This document shows, one piece after another, positions 34,164 through 45,189 of a stretch of 64,000 bases of DNA. Location: contig CM121342.1 of assembly GCA_051530055.1 (NCBI GenBank), positions 7,572,691 to 7,636,690 on the forward strand, written 5' to 3'. The notes below the pieces were generated by a model. It searched no databases. It was not told the origin of the DNA and worked only from the letters and a program-made list of their open reading frames with translations. Each line of letters opens with the position of its first letter. Position 1 is the first letter of the stretch. The position numbers and the translations under genes are program-made. Source of the DNA: Neoechinorhynchus agilis (lineage: Eukaryota; Animalia; Acanthocephala).

Positions 34164-37100
34164 TGGTCCTGGGACGTTTCTTGCCCAACACCGCGTCACT
34201 GGCCGTCGCCCTTGATCCTTCATCCAACGGCGGTACTCTGCCACATCTAATACGGGCGTGTGTTTTAAGGCCTCCGCTGCTCCTTCCAATGCCCGAACTG
34301 CCTGTCCCTGTAACAACTTGGTCTGCGAGTTTGGTGCCAACCACTTGATTGATCTTAGACTTCTGGCCATAGCTCTCGTTGCTCGTGCTCGTTGATCCAT
34401 GCCAATGGGTCGTATCGCGTCTAGCCACTTCGCCGTGAACAAGGTGGTCTGTATCGTCCGTTCCGCCAAGCCTCTAGCCTCATCCTCTGTTGCTTCCAAG
34501 CCCCTTGGCAGTGTTGTCATTCGTAAGGCTTGAATCAATTCAGCGGGCGCCTTCCGTGTTTTCGAGCACTTCCAACTGAATTTCCTCAAAAGAGATCGTT
34601 TGCCCTACTCCTTCCTTGTCTTCTAGCGCAGCTGCTCCTTCTAAGTTGGGATTGGGGCCTTCCTGGGGGCGGTCCGCTGTTTGAATCCTCTTCTTCCTCC
34701 TCTGGCAATTCAGGTTTTGGCTGGGGTGGTGCAGCCGTTGTTGCTGCTATCACATGCGTCGGTGATTCTGGTGCCGGTGTCTCATGCCTTTCAATGATTT
34801 GTTTGAGTGAGTCCCCGAGTGGCTGCAGCATATTCTGCTTCTGGCCAGCTGTTCGTTTCTGAGGAGGAGCTGGTGGAACATCCTGGTCGCCCTTACGCCG
34901 GTGCGGCCGATTTGGTCCAAATGCTGGAGGTGGGGCGAAGGTGTCCCAGGGGCCGGGCATTGCGGTTGCGTGCGCGGCACCGTGCATCGCACATACCCAT
35001 TTCTCCGCTCTGCCGAAGCATTTGAAGAGATGGAGCTGCTGTAGCGTGTCGTACAATGTTGGCACGCGCACCAACAAGGTGTCTACATGTCCGCAGCCCA
35101 CGTAACTGGATGGGATATAGGGCACGAACCTTAGCTAGAAGTCGTCCCTATTGGGTTGCGCTTGTGCCAAATACTCCGACCGGCCTGAGTCGGACCAGGT
35201 TCGCCTATATTGCAGAGCCGTGCCTATGGCCTGTAATGCGAGGTTGGCTAGCCTCGCATCGTAGCCGTGGACTGCCTTTACCGTCACCCATTTTCCCGCT
35301 ACGCGCTCTGCATTTTCAACACTAAATCCTTCCAAGACTATCTTCGAGGATGAGATGTGAGGAGTCGCCATTCCCAACATTGCCACCAAATGCTAGGGCA
35401 GATAGCTTGCCCAATCGGTCGTGTCGTCCACTTGGGTTCTCAAGTGGACCCCACCAGAGGTTGGTCCACCCAAAGTGGTAGCAGATCCGCGAATAGATAT
35501 CCCACAGCTCTGCTGCAGGAAGGATCAGCTCCTCTAAGTCGTATTCCGTGTCTAGTAGCCTACTGTAGGCAATCAGAGGATTATTCACGTTGGGCCAGGC
35601 CGTTTTCCCAAGCAGCATGTCCCTGAATGGGAACTCCGGCGACGCAGCAAGGCCCACTGCTGCCAACACCGTCCGAGGGTCTCCAACTTCCGATGGCACA
35701 TAGATAACGTCACTTCGTCCCATCATTGCCTGTATGAGAGGATCACCATGGGCCTGACTGTTATTCACGTTGAGCCACCTCAGGGTTCGTGCCCACCCTA
35801 GACGCCGTTCAATCCTCGCTCCCGCCTCTCACAAAGCTTGGGCACAGTAAACCGCCGCCATGCGCATCACGAATCTCTCTGGTTGGACCTTCCTGCTCAT
35901 TAATGTCTTGATCGCTTTTGCATGCCCAGGCTGGTAGTCCTGCGCCCTTACACCTCCTACGAATTGACTCGTGTTCTTTAACGCCTGTAGCCACGCTCCG
36001 TCACGCACAATGTCTGTTAATCCAGAACACATCTCCAGTAGCGCCAAGGTGGGTATTCGTTCGTGCTCCTTCCTGCGCTCTGATATCTACACTGAATCCC
36101 CTCTCTGACCGTTGAGAACCTCACCTCAATATCCCTGTATCGACTGCAGCCATATATGCAAATCATCCCCTAACTTTCCCATTCCCAACTGGGCTCAACC
36201 ATTGGAAGAAGTTCTCCCCGAGTGTTCACCCTGAGGTTCCCTGTCCCTGTCCAGAACATAGCAATCATCTTCTGGCCCAGCTTCCGGCACCTCATCCATT
36301 TCATCGACATCTATTCCCAGCTCCTGTTTTGCGAATTGCTCCTGGTAATCATCCGGTAGCCCGTCGTCCTCATATACATCATGGGGGCTATGGAGTGCAG
36401 ATTTGGACAATAATGAGTGAGCGACCACTCCAGGTGAAACCTGCCGTGGTCAAGGTGGTATAGTGCCGAGAGCGAATCGCCATTAGGCCTGAATCCATAC
36501 CTATAGCGATCGCCCGTTATCAGAGTCACTACCTGGTGTGGGTAGTCAACCGGTCCAGAGTATGGGTGGAGTGGTACATCCGGTAGGCCGTGCATGCTTG
36601 CGGTGGGCAGCGTCCTCTCCTGGACGAGCAGAGCGTATTCCACTCCGACCACGTGATGTATACTGGCGATTGCATTCAATCTCTTGGTATCTGGCAACTC
36701 CCAGTACATAACCATATTCCCGTCCTTGCAAAGTTCTCGCACAGCCCTCTGGCAAGGTTGGGAACCAACCGAGAAGATCATACGATAAGATTCTAAAGTT
36801 ACGTGCGATTTTAGCTTGTCTAAGGAAAGTGCTTGGCAGGTTCGTTGAAAATGTGGTGGCGAGGTGTTTCCCAACGGCTCCTTTATACCCTAGATCATTC
36901 AGATTTTTATTGATTCGAGGGCGGGTATACAACAGCCCATAATCCTTTAGCGACCACTGGACCATGTCAGCCGAAAAGTCAATGAGAAGGGCTGACATCG
37001 TCGCCTCAATCACTAAATCATGTGCCATGCATGGCCCTACCACTGACACTAGCTGCTCCGCCGTGTCCCGGTACTGCAACAGTGGGCACATCAAGTACCC

Positions 37101-37318
37101 ACGCATTGCAGCCTTCGGCAAAGCGATCGTGAGGTTAGTGGTCCCAAAGACTAGGTGCCCCGGCCTCCCGTATACACCTGCACCGCCTGCAAGAAGATGT
37201 CCTGCCGAGCGAAGCGGTGACACCAGATCATAGCCGTCTCGAATATCATGTTAGCTGACGTTGTCAGCTCACCGATCCTATCTACTTCCGCTGTCGATCT
37301 ACCTCCTCGATCAGCCTA
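34164..37318 (-). pseudogene. EVE ORF1 remnant (capsid-like protein with Pro/Ala-rich C-terminal region), split over several frames
   Basis: Segments SANMIFETAMIWCHRFARQDIFLQAVQVY / LALPKAAMRGYLMCPLLQY-like / AWPNVNNPLIAY..AAELWDIYSRICYHFGW / PAPPQKR..APPQPKPE continue across single frame changes. Confidence 0.55.
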
Positions 37319-37324
37319 CTCAAT

Positions 37325-38273
37325 GTGCTGTCACCACTTCGTTTTAATATTTTCCTAAACAACTTCAAACATCTCTCCTCTCACTTTGAACCCTTCTTAT
37401 ACGGCGACGATGTCACCCTCATCACTCAATCACCACCCACCTCTCTCTTTCTTTAACTTCTAACGAAATCAAACGCATAAAAGATTTCTGCACCAATCAC
37501 AAACTCTACCTTAATTTCTCCAAATGCTTCAAAATGATCATCTCTCTTGCGCATCTTCACATCATCTCATGAGCTTCTAAATGACATCCTACGCGTCACC
37601 TACCTAAGAATTGTGGGTCTCCGATTTCAATCAAATTAGAAATGGGACTCGCGAATCACTCTCTCCCTAAAGCACAACGCCTTTAAAATTGATCTCCTCA
37701 AACGCCTCCAACATTTAGGAATCCCTTCACCCGATCTCTACAAATTTTACTTCTGCTTTATCTTACCATCCCTCACCTACGGTTTTCTCGTATTTTGCAA
37801 CCATTCCAAATCTCAAGTCCGTCGTCTTGAAATGTTTCATAAAATAGCATCTAAAATTTGTACAATTTTTCCCCCTCTCACCGAATGCCTTGATACTATT
37901 TTCAACGCCTCTCAATCCTACCATCACAATTTCGTCAACATATCGCCTCCTTTTCAATCGAGTACAACACTCGTAATCCTAATTCGTTTCACCCTCCCTC
38001 AACCTCGCACCTCCCTATACCTACGCTCCTTTTTCCATACTGCCCAATCTTCTCGGATATCAGAACTTGAAATGAACCTGAGGAAAGACTTACCTTACAA
38101 GCGCTCCTGCAAACAATAAACACCAATTGCCACCAAAATGGAGACCTTCCAAACCAACCGGATATTACCACCCGCCGGCACTCTTAATCCACTCCAAAAT
38201 CAATAGTCATCTCATTTTCCAATCAGAACTCGAGTGTTTATGAGGATCCGACAAATAAAACTTGTTATTATTA
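37325..38273 (+). mobile_element. 5'-truncated LINE (CR1/L2-like): RT C-terminal half plus 3' end
   Basis: VLSPLRFNIFLNN, FLYGDDVTL, KLYLNFSKC, LLKRLQHLG..LYKFYFCFILPSLTYG; ends in AATAAA (38254) and TTATTATTA (38265-38273). Confidence 0.85.
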
Positions 38274-38367
38274 CGTCTAAAGGTATATCTGGCGGCGCGT
38301 CCGCGTGTTGGAGGGCCAATCTTTGAAGGACCGAATTGTCTAAGTGTTTTATCCGCGCCGATAGATC

Positions 38368-38593
38368 AATAAAGACAGCACACAATCGTATGTCTAAATA
38401 TCGAATTTAATAAATAAAGCATCTGAAAACTTTGATAAAGACGACACACAATCGTATGCCGAAATATCGAATTTAATAAAGTATCTGAAAACTTTGATAA
38501 AGACGGCACACAATCGTATGCCGAAATATCGAATTTAATAAATAAAGTATCTGAAAACTTTGATAAAGACGGCACACAATCGTATGCCGAAAT
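38368..38593. repeat. Minisatellite, 62-66 bp unit, about 3.4 copies
   Basis: CACACAATCG at 38379, 38445, 38507, 38573. Confidence 0.9.
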
Positions 38594-38608
38594 AAGTTGT
38601 TCATGAAT

Positions 38609-38742
38609 ATATATTTTTTGTTTGGTGATGAGAGGAATGGAGATTAATATATTGCTTCCCTTCCACAATATTTCATCCGTTTCCTCGGACTTCTAGCAAT
38701 AAATTAATCTCTATTCCTCTCATCACTAAACAAAAAATATAT
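38609..38742. repeat. Foldback with 40-bp arms and 54-nt spacer (MITE-like or hairpin RNA)
   Basis: Arms 38609-38648 and 38703-38742 differ at two positions. Confidence 0.8.
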
Positions 38743-39209
38743 TTCAGTATAACGATTTCTATAGATTTTCCTTAGATGGCAAGCATTCGTGTCGAAACCT
38801 ATGATTGCATCAACATTTCATTGCTTCATAGTCGTTAGCTTCCCCTCTAAAACTGAATAAAACGATAGACCATTGTTGTTGCTTTCGATTTAAAATACGC
38901 CCTTAAAGTTTTTGCGCAACACTTTCTTTCAAAAGCCAATCGTAGTTTATCATGAGAACTTTGAAATGCATTTTTCCAGTTTTTATCCATCAACGAGAAT
39001 GCTAAAATGCGTTCTTGAATTTTATTTTTGCTTAAAGAAGTCCGAATAAATCATTAAACAAAGTGTAGTGGCCTTTACATTTGTCAATTATGAAAAAGGT
39101 ATGTATACTCTTTGCATTGAAATTTCGCCATCAAAGTACGAAGAAGCCTTTTTTAGCGATGTGATTCAATTGTACGTTCTACCCTGAAACAAAGTACATT
39201 GCGCCATTT

Positions 39210-39293
39210 TTCTGGAAAACGTGATTCATTGTCTACCTTTACGTCCAAGAAAGTGTGAGCAATATGAACTTCTAGAAGCATCTAAGATTTCCT
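39210..39293 (+). promoter_or_regulatory. Heat-shock element-like motifs upstream of hsp70
   Basis: TTCtgGAA at 39210 and TTCtaGAAgcATC at 39270, 80-160 bp before the ATG. Confidence 0.6.
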
Positions 39294-39370
39294 TTTTCTC
39301 CATAAAGAAGAGATGAGTGTGCTCAAAAACACAGTACTTTCGCTAGTTCATCGGAGCTTGAATAAATATA

Positions 39371-41272
39371 ATGCCAAAAGGACCTGCGATTGGAATCGAT
39401 CTCGGCACGACATACTCTTGCGTTGCTGTGTTTCAGCACGGCAAGGTTGAAATAATTGCAAACGATCAAGGCAATCGAACCACACCGTCATATGTGGCAT
39501 TTACAGATTCAGAGCGATTGATTGGTGACGCAGCCAAGAATCAAGTAGCTCTTAATCCTACTAACACTGTATTTGATGCGAAACGATTGATTGGTAGGCG
39601 ATTCCAAGATTCCAGCGTACAATCTGATATGAAACATTGGCCATTTAAGGTGCTCAACGATGGCGGAAAACCAAAAGTTCAAGTTGAGTATAAAGGAGAA
39701 TTAAAGGCGTTTTATCCAGAGGAAATATCGTCGATGGTATTGACCAAAATGAAGGAAATTGCAGAATCGTATTTGGGAAGGAAGATTACGGACGCCGTTG
39801 TAACAGTGCCTGCTTATTTCAACGATAGTCAACGCCAGGCGACAAAAGACGCAGGTATGATTGCTGGTCTTAATGTTCTTCGGATTATCAACGAACCAAC
39901 TGCAGCTGCTATTGCTTATGGATTGGACAAAAAAGTGACTGGTGAAAAAAACGTATTGATTTTTGATCTTGGAGGTGGCACATTTGATGTCAGCGTACTT
40001 TTGATTGAAGATGGAATTTTTGAAGTTAAATCGACTGCTGGGGATACTCACTTGGGCGGTGAAGACTTTGACAATCGTATGGTTGAACATTTCGTAAACG
40101 AATTTAAACGGAAAACGAAAAAAGATATAAGTGTTAACAAAAGAAGTCTTCGTCGTCTTAGGACTGCTTGTGAACGAGCAAAACGAACACTTTCTTCATC
40201 GACCCAAGCAAGCATTGAAATAGATTCTCTTTTTGAAGGAGTAGATTTTTACACGAGTATAACCCGTGCTCGGTTTGAAGAACTAAACGCAGATTTGTTT
40301 AGAAGTACACTGGATCCGGTTGAAAAAGCTCTGAGAGATGCGAAGTTAGACAAAGGAAGGATTGATGATATCGTGCTCGTTGGTGGTAGTACTCGGATTC
40401 CAAAGATACAGAAACTATTAAGGGAATTCTTTAACGACAAAGAGTTGAACAAAAGCATTAATCCCGACGAGGCTGTTGCATATGGAGCTGCTGTTCAAGC
40501 TGCAATTTTAACAGGTGATAAAAGTGAAGCGGTTAAAGACCTTCTCTTGTTAGATGTTGCCCCATTGTCATTGGGTATTGAAACGGCCGGTGGAGTTATG
40601 ACCGCTCTTATTAAACGCAACACTACCATTCCAACCAAACAATCACAGACTTTCACAACCTATTCCGATAATCAGCCAGGAGTATTGATTCAGGTTTATG
40701 AAGGGGAAAGAGCTATGACTCGAGATAATAATCTATTAGGCCGCTTTGAACTTACTGGGATTCCACCAGCACCGAGAGGTGTTCCACAAATTGAAGTTAC
40801 TTTTGATATTGACGCAAATGGGATCATGAACGTTTCTGCGGTTGACAAGAGCACAGGAAAGCAAAATCGGATTACGATTACCAATGATAAAGGTCGACTA
40901 AATAAAGACCAAATCGATGCTATGGTAAGGGACGCGGAAAAGTATAAACAAGATGATGAACGAGAAAGGGAACGTATAGACTCTAAAAACAAACTTGAGA
41001 ATTATTGCTATTCAATAAAGCAGACGGTTGAAGATGACAAAGTGAAGAGCAAATTAAGTTCTAGTGATTTGGATACAATTAGATCAAAAGTGACTGAAAG
41101 CTTGAAGTGGCTTGAAGGCAATCAGAGTGCAGAGAAAGATGAGTATGAACATCAGTATCGAGAAATGGAACGAGTTTGCAGTCCACTCATGACCAAAATG
41201 TATCAACAAGGAGGCCATGGCGGCCCCACTGATGGCAGTGGTGGAGGGCCTACCATTGAAGAAGTTGACTAA
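39371..41272 (+). CDS. hsp70: Cytosolic Hsp70, intronless (inducible type)
   Basis: [22 protein letters not shown] and [15 protein letters not shown] signatures; C-terminal GPTIEEVD. Confidence 0.99.
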   Translation: MPKGPAIGIDLGTTYSCVAVFQHGKVEIIANDQGNRTTPSYVAFTDSERLIGDAAKNQVALNPTNTVFDAKRLIGRRFQDSSVQSDMKHWPFKVLNDGGKPKVQVEYKGELKAFYPEEISSMVLTKMKEIAESYLGRKITDAVVTVPAYFNDSQRQATKDAGMIAGLNVLRIINEPTAAAIAYGLDKKVTGEKNVLIFDLGGGTFDVSVLLIEDGIFEVKSTAGDTHLGGEDFDNRMVEHFVNEFKRKTKKDISVNKRSLRRLRTACERAKRTLSSSTQASIEIDSLFEGVDFYTSITRARFEELNADLFRSTLDPVEKALRDAKLDKGRIDDIVLVGGSTRIPKIQKLLREFFNDKELNKSINPDEAVAYGAAVQAAILTGDKSEAVKDLLLLDVAPLSLGIETAGGVMTALIKRNTTIPTKQSQTFTTYSDNQPGVLIQVYEGERAMTRDNNLLGRFELTGIPPAPRGVPQIEVTFDIDANGIMNVSAVDKSTGKQNRITITNDKGRLNKDQIDAMVRDAEKYKQDDERERERIDSKNKLENYCYSIKQTVEDDKVKSKLSSSDLDTIRSKVTESLKWLEGNQSAEKDEYEHQYREMERVCSPLMTKMYQQGGHGGPTDGSGGGPTIEEVD

Positions 41273-41297
41273 TAATGATAGTAAGGCAAACTAATTC

Positions 41298-42650
41298 AAA
41301 ATAAAACCATCTCCAACTCTTTTCTCGGTCTACAATGAAGCGAAATAAGGAACCGGATCTTTTTTTATGAACGTCGCTTAATGTAGATATTTTTATAGGC
41401 ATACTTTTAAATCTAAACTCGATCGCAGTAAGAGAAATGCATCCAAATCATTGTTTGTAACAAAAGGAGATAAAATAATTTAAAAATAAAACCATCTCCA
41501 ACCCTTTTCTCGCTTTAATATCAAGCGAAATAAGGAAACGGGTCTTCTCAATGAACGTAACTTATTGTAGATATTTTTATAGGCATATTTTTAAATCTAA
41601 ACTCGCTAGCAGTAAGAGAAATGCGTCCGAATCATTGTTTGTAACAAAAGGAGATAAAATAATTTAAAAATAAAACCATCTCCAACTCTTTTCTCGGTCT
41701 AAAATCAAGCAAAATAAGGAAACGGGTCTTTTCAATGAACGTCGTTTAATGTGGATATTTTTTATAGGAATACTTTTAAATCTATACTCGATCGCAGCAA
41801 GAGAAATGCGTCCGAATCATTGTTTGTAACAAAAGGAGATAAAATAATTTAAAAATAAAACCATCTCCAACTCTTTTCTCGGTCTAAAATCAAGCAAAAT
41901 AAGGAAACGGGTCTTTTCAATGAACGTCGTTTAATGTGGATATTTTTTATATGCATACTTTTAAATCTAAACTCGATCGCAGTAAGAGAAATGCGTCCAA
42001 ATCATTGTTTGTAACAAAAGGAGATAAAATAATTTAAAAATAAAACCATCTCCAACTCTTTTCTCGGTCTAAAATCAAGCAAAATAAGGAAACGGATCTT
42101 TTCAATGAACGCCGTTTAATGTGGATAATTTTTTATATGCATACTTTTAAATCTAAACTCGATAGCAGTAAGAGAAATGCGTCCAAATCATTGTTTGTAA
42201 CAAAAGGAGATAAAATAATTTAAAAATAAAACCATCTCCAACTCTTTTCTCGGTCTAGAATCAAGCAAAATAAGGAAACGAATCTTTTCAATGAACGCCG
42301 TTTAATGTGGATAATTTTTTATATGCATACTTTTAAATCTAAACTCGATCGCAGTAAGAGAAATGCGTCCAAATCATTGTTTGTAACAAAAGGAGATAAA
42401 ATAATTTAAAAATAAAACCATCTCCAACTCTTTTCTCGGTCTAGAATCAAGCAAAATAAGGAAACGAATCTGTTCAATGAACGTCGTTTAATGTAGAAAT
42501 TTTTTTATATGCATACTTTTAAATCTAAACTCGATCGCAGTAAGAGAAATGCGTCCAAATCATTGTTTGTAACAAAAGGAGATAAAATAATTTAAAAATA
42601 AAACCATCTCCAACTCTTTTCTCGCTTTAATATGAAGCGAAATAAGGAAA
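41298..42650. repeat. Tandem array, 184-186 bp unit, about 7 copies, starting in the hsp70 3' region
   Basis: AAAATAAAACCATCTCC recurs about every 185 bp from about 41299 to about 42594. Confidence 0.97.
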
Positions 42651-43188
42651 GATTCAATCACTTCCCTGATTCTGAGAGATCGGTTTGGCTGTGTGCCTAA
42701 AAAGGAAAAGAGCCGATTGAGGAACGTTGTCCTACAGAATAATGTACCATCGGCTGGATTCATGAAAAGTCAACAAATCAATGAGGGGAAGTCATTTGGA
42801 AGTCCTCAAAGTCAAAATGCACCTTTCCCTTTACGACAGCATTCTGATTTTGCTAATTTTTCTTCTTAAACTATTACAAATTCTTTGCTGATCAAAATGC
42901 TTTACGATTTCCCGTGATTATTTCTATTCTAAGTAACGGGTATGAGCTGCGCTAAGTGTGCGTGATTGTCTATTTTTAAATACTAATTCGCAGAAGTTGA
43001 AGACGGTACTCCTTTGAATCGTCTAACAATGGGTTTTAGTTTAACAGAGTTTAAGATTAAACATGGACTTCAATCATGGAACTCATGATGTTTCAGAACC
43101 GTTTTCAACTACTCATCTTTCGCACCGTATCTGACTCACCGACTTTGCTGTTTAGTTTATTTAGTCTTGCGCTTCTCCATTAACACTT

Positions 43189-44873
43189 ATGTATGAGTAC
43201 AGTACTAGTTTTAAGAGCGAATCGAGCAATTATCTAAGCTCTATTCGACATCTCCATAAGTCAACGCCGAATTCTGTTGATGGGAGTGCATATCATGTAC
43301 CTCTTTGGCAAGTCAGTCCAGAGCGACTGCCCTTGTTAGCCACGACGTCTGTCGGCAATGATACTGGCAGAAAAAATGAAGGAATCGATGTAGCCGGGAT
43401 TTTCGGAGTAGCTGCTATCGAAGAAAATTCATTTCCAATACTACTTCTTGGGAGTTACTGCCGGTCAGGTATTAAATGCCATACAAGCAAATGGTTGAAG
43501 CAGGGACTCGAATTAAACGAAATCAAGAACAGCGATCATAAAATCGATTCGTCTCAGAAAAAACCTCGAAAAAAAGTTAGGTTTGAATTAATTTTAAGAC
43601 AGTTTGAAAATGTACACTTTGTAAAGCATTTCTCTATAGAAAGTCGAAATGAATTGGGATCTCTTCGGCGTACCAATTTCAATTTTTGAGCATAAATCAG
43701 ATTTAAAGTCTTCATTGACTAAACATCTAAAATCCAAACTTAAACAAAAAAGATCACGTTGAGATTTCGAATGGAACTTTAAAATCATCACCACCTTTTA
43801 AAGTGCGTGGCGACCAGATCACCTTAACAAAAGATACGGGAGGTCTTTGGAGGATTCATGGATATATTGTATCCGGAATATATTCTGTAATTGATCCGAT
43901 GACGGAATCGACTTTATTTTGTATGCATAGAGCCGATGCCAACGGAAAACGGCTATATATGAACTTAAAACCACTTAATATATTCACTTTAGACATTTCA
44001 CCGACTCTTTCAAGGAAAAAGGAGCGCATAATTCGACGGGTTTGGGAAGTCCTGCCCGCAAATTCCGTGTTTAAAATACTCAAATATAAATGGACTGAAG
44101 TTACTCCTTTCGATGGTGAAATAAGAGACGAAGATATTTGTCACGTGAAGACTGGATTTTTTAGAAAGTCCAAGAAGATTATTAGAAACAGAGCTGTGCC
44201 GGCGTTTATCTGCCAATTGCATTCTTCGACTACGGATTCTATTCGACTGTTCCATTATGCATTTCAATCGAGTGTATCCAAGAAATCACATAGATGGCCG
44301 CTCAGTGGTCGTAGGTTATCGCGAATTCGAACCACTGAGATGACACATAAGAGAACGAATTTGTTAGAGGAATCGGAACCTGATCCAGACGATATTTCAC
44401 CTCTTTCCATTTACCCATTGGCACATAGTGGCGATTGTATTTTTCCATTAAAGCATGCGACTTATCTCTGCACGATTCCACTTCTGCTCAACTGGATTGG
44501 ACGAATTTCCGAGACTCAACAATCCCTCACTCATTTCATAGTTGAGCTCTGTAGTGAGAATGTTTGTAATGAGAGGAGACGAAGGAAGGAAACACCGGTA
44601 AGTGTTGGAGAATACTTGATCAGCAGATCAATTGAGTATGGCGATCAATACGTCGTTTGCATGGCCGACGCTGAACTCAAGAAAGTTACACCTCCTTTTG
44701 TGTATAAGAGGAAAGCAGAGGACAATCAGCTAATAAGATTGCTATCGGACTCCCATGTGATTATTGGAAAACACGCATCGTTGCAGGAAGCCGTCATTCA
44801 GTGTCAGTTGCTCAAGCAAAAGATATCCGCTGGATCGAATTCACGCCAGGACAGTAATGAATCTCTATTTTGA
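43189..44873 (+). CDS. Hypothetical protein, probably one multi-exon gene (ORFs 43189..43689 and 43803..44873)
   Basis: Two adjacent same-strand coding-like ORFs; splice junction not resolved and no family recognised. Confidence 0.55.
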
Positions 44874-45189
44874 GCGTTTGACTAAAACAAATTAGTGGTT
44901 TCAGCTTTCAAAAAGGATTGTATGTTTCGATTTCTATCGCAAATGTGTAATATGTGGGGTTCTATATCCATAATCGCCAATGACTCACAGACAAAGCCAA
45001 CGAAATACCTCGATAAAGGGAGTAAAACCCAATGATGAGTGGAATATCAAGTTATTTCATGCGATTCCCTGAACAATATTGGTGGGATGTGTGCCCAAGG
45101 AAAAATAATCTGTTTTGTTTAATAAAACAAGGGACAAAATATATATAGGTTTGTTGGAAATAGTTAATTCAAAAACTGCCAATTTATTT

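Larger units (their letters stand above)
33365..37318 (-). other. Endogenous viral element, toti-like dsRNA virus (Ghabrivirales-like), decayed by frameshifts
   Basis: Abrupt GC-rich island with a chain of overlapping minus-strand ORFs and no visible introns. Order: capsid-like, Pro/Ala-rich linker, GGGTTTT, RdRp-like N-terminus. Confidence 0.72.

Noticed and set aside
33340-38290. Possible TSD AAG(C/G)TATAT flanking the EVE plus LINE
   Set aside because: It has one mismatch, is AT-rich and lies several bases from the LINE tail; too weak to claim.
38285-38366. Small GC-rich hairpin (CGGCGCG...CGCGCCG) right after the LINE 3' end
   Set aside because: Only a 7-bp stem, and no ribozyme or ncRNA consensus could be matched.
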